Assembly (NCBI RefSeq): GCF_006345805.1
Contig: NC_042999.1
Coordinates: 15,314,001-15,378,000, forward strand
Origin: Octopus sinensis
Lineage: Eukaryota
DNA: 64,000 bases
Reading direction: 5' to 3'
The notes under the pieces are model-generated. The model was not told the DNA's origin. It searched no databases and saw nothing but the letters and a program-made list of their open reading frames with translations. Positions 62,571-64,000 of the stretch are shown here, piece by piece; position 1 is the stretch's first letter; every line of letters begins with the position of its first letter. The position numbers and the translations under genes were made by a program.

Positions 62571-63878
62571 GGAAAAATGTGAGCATGAACAGTCATCTTC
62601 TTAAGATTATAAACTTGAAAAAGTACAGTACAAGTTACTACACTTGTAAAAGTATAGGACAAGCTATTATTTCTAGTAAAGTAAAGAATAAGAAACTTTT
62701 TCTTTAAAATATTGCAGCTAAAATTAGAATTTGAATATTAAAAAATATTTTATTATAGTTTACAAATAACACTATACTTGTGTAAGTAGAATTTGGCTAA
62801 TTTACTACCTTAAATGCAGAAAAAAGTGACTAATTAGCCAAACGTAAAAATTAGCTGAACAGTTTTGTACAATAAATTTAAAAGATGAGAACTGTAAAGA
62901 GTGATAAATTAGAAGAACTGGCATTCTTTACAGCAATATTTTAAGTAAAAAGTTTTGGATCTTTTCAGTTTGAACAGCAGTTTTTAACATAATTTGTAGG
63001 TAACTAAAACATTTTAAACTTCGTATACTGGTAGAATGTGTTTATAAAACATCATTTTCTCTTGGCTTTCTTGAGAAAATTCTGTAGTTTGTAACATATT
63101 TCGTCTTTAATTTCTTGCATTTCGGCAATTTTAACCAATCAATGACCGTCTATCATTTAATTATTAATATTATTATTAAATTTAAGTAAATTCTGTGCTG
63201 TATGAATATGTCCCCCATTTAAGAAACAGATTGGGTTTATTCCCCCACCCCTAACTAACCCTAAATCTAAAATAGATTTAAATGCAATAGATCGATACTA
63301 GGGTCATAATTATGGGTGACAATTTCATATGACACCGCTAGAAAAAATGGCAGTTTTTTCTAGCGGTGTCATATGAAATTGTCACCCATAATTATGACCC
63401 TAGAATCGATCTATTGCATTTCAATCTATTTTAGATTTAGGGTTAGTTAGGGGTGGGGGAAGGGTGTCTTTTTTCTTCACAAATGTAAATAAACCCAATC
63501 TGTTTCTTAAACGAGGGACATATTCATATGGCACAGAATGTTATTTACCTCAATGGACACCAGTGATTGGTTAAAATTGCCGAAATGCAAGAAATTAAAG
63601 ACAAAATATGTTACAAACTACAGAATTTTCTCAAGAAAGCCAAGAGAAAATGATGTATTATAAACACATTCTACCAGTATACGAAGTTTAAAATTTTTTA
63701 GTTACCTACGAATTATGTTAAAAACTGCTGTTCAAACCGAAGGGATCCAAAGTTTCTTATTCTTTACTTTACTTGAAGTTAATAGTTTGTCCTATACTTT
63801 TACAGGTGTAATAACTTCTCCTGTACTTTTGCAGGTTTATAATCTTAAGAATATTACTTTCCATGCTCACATTTTTCC
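62571..63878. mobile_element. Older TIR element enclosing the palindromic MITE
   Basis: 62571-62699 (ggaaaaatgtgagcatg...gtaaagtaaagaataagaaactt) is an imperfect reverse complement of 63750-63878 (aagtttcttattctttactttac...catgctcacatttttcc). Confidence 0.7.
62957..63748. mobile_element. Fully palindromic MITE/fold-back DNA element
   Basis: Begins ggatcttttcagtttgaacagcag and ends ctgctgttcaaaccgaagggatcc. The roughly 390-nt arms meet at ctagaaaaaa-tggcag-ttttttctag (about 63350). Flanks aaagtttt / aaagtttc are a candidate 8-bp TSD (7/8 match). Confidence 0.85.
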
Positions 63879-64000
63879 TTGTAATATACATTAGTCCGAG
63901 TATTCCATATATAAGGGTATTACTATGCTATTGATGTGTATGGGGTATTAGTATATACATTATTGTATGTGCAGGTATCTGACTGTTTTTGTTTGTAATT

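Noticed and set aside
63248-63456. Interstitial telomere
   Set aside because: Only two or three degenerate ccctaa/ttaggg units, placed symmetrically inside the MITE arms.
54263-64000. Next upstream kinase exon (expected ...V.MEFM.HG, subdomains IV-V)
   Set aside because: No matching phase-1 exon was found by eye. It is presumably beyond the window, although a short exon could have been missed.

Overview
AT-rich, microsatellite- and retroposon-dense animal genomic DNA. It is most likely an octopus, inferred from the SINE/LINE families and the (TA)n/(CA)n load. The only host gene I can support is the 3' part of a minus-strand receptor tyrosine kinase. Four GT-AG exons (54112-54262, 53185-53297, 31566-31773, 28069-28600) splice in frame into kinase subdomains V-XI plus a Ser-rich tail, with motifs typical of invertebrate Venus kinase receptors (VKR). 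Upstream exons lie beyond the window. The rest is two abundant tRNA-type SINE families, 5'-truncated RTE, CR1 and R4-like LINE pieces, decayed Tc1/mariner elements, fold-back/MITE elements, minisatellites and three (TA)n-bounded tandem duplications. The most unusual signal is a set of type I hammerhead-ribozyme motifs from unrelated sequence families, found in short non-coding elements next to microsatellites. Several have an unusually long (about 30-70 nt) stem II, and one is duplicated in a 410-bp-arm palindrome inside the kinase intron. Almost all ORFs in the supplied track are microsatellite or SINE artefacts. All alignments and folds were done by eye, and repeat boundaries are approximate.
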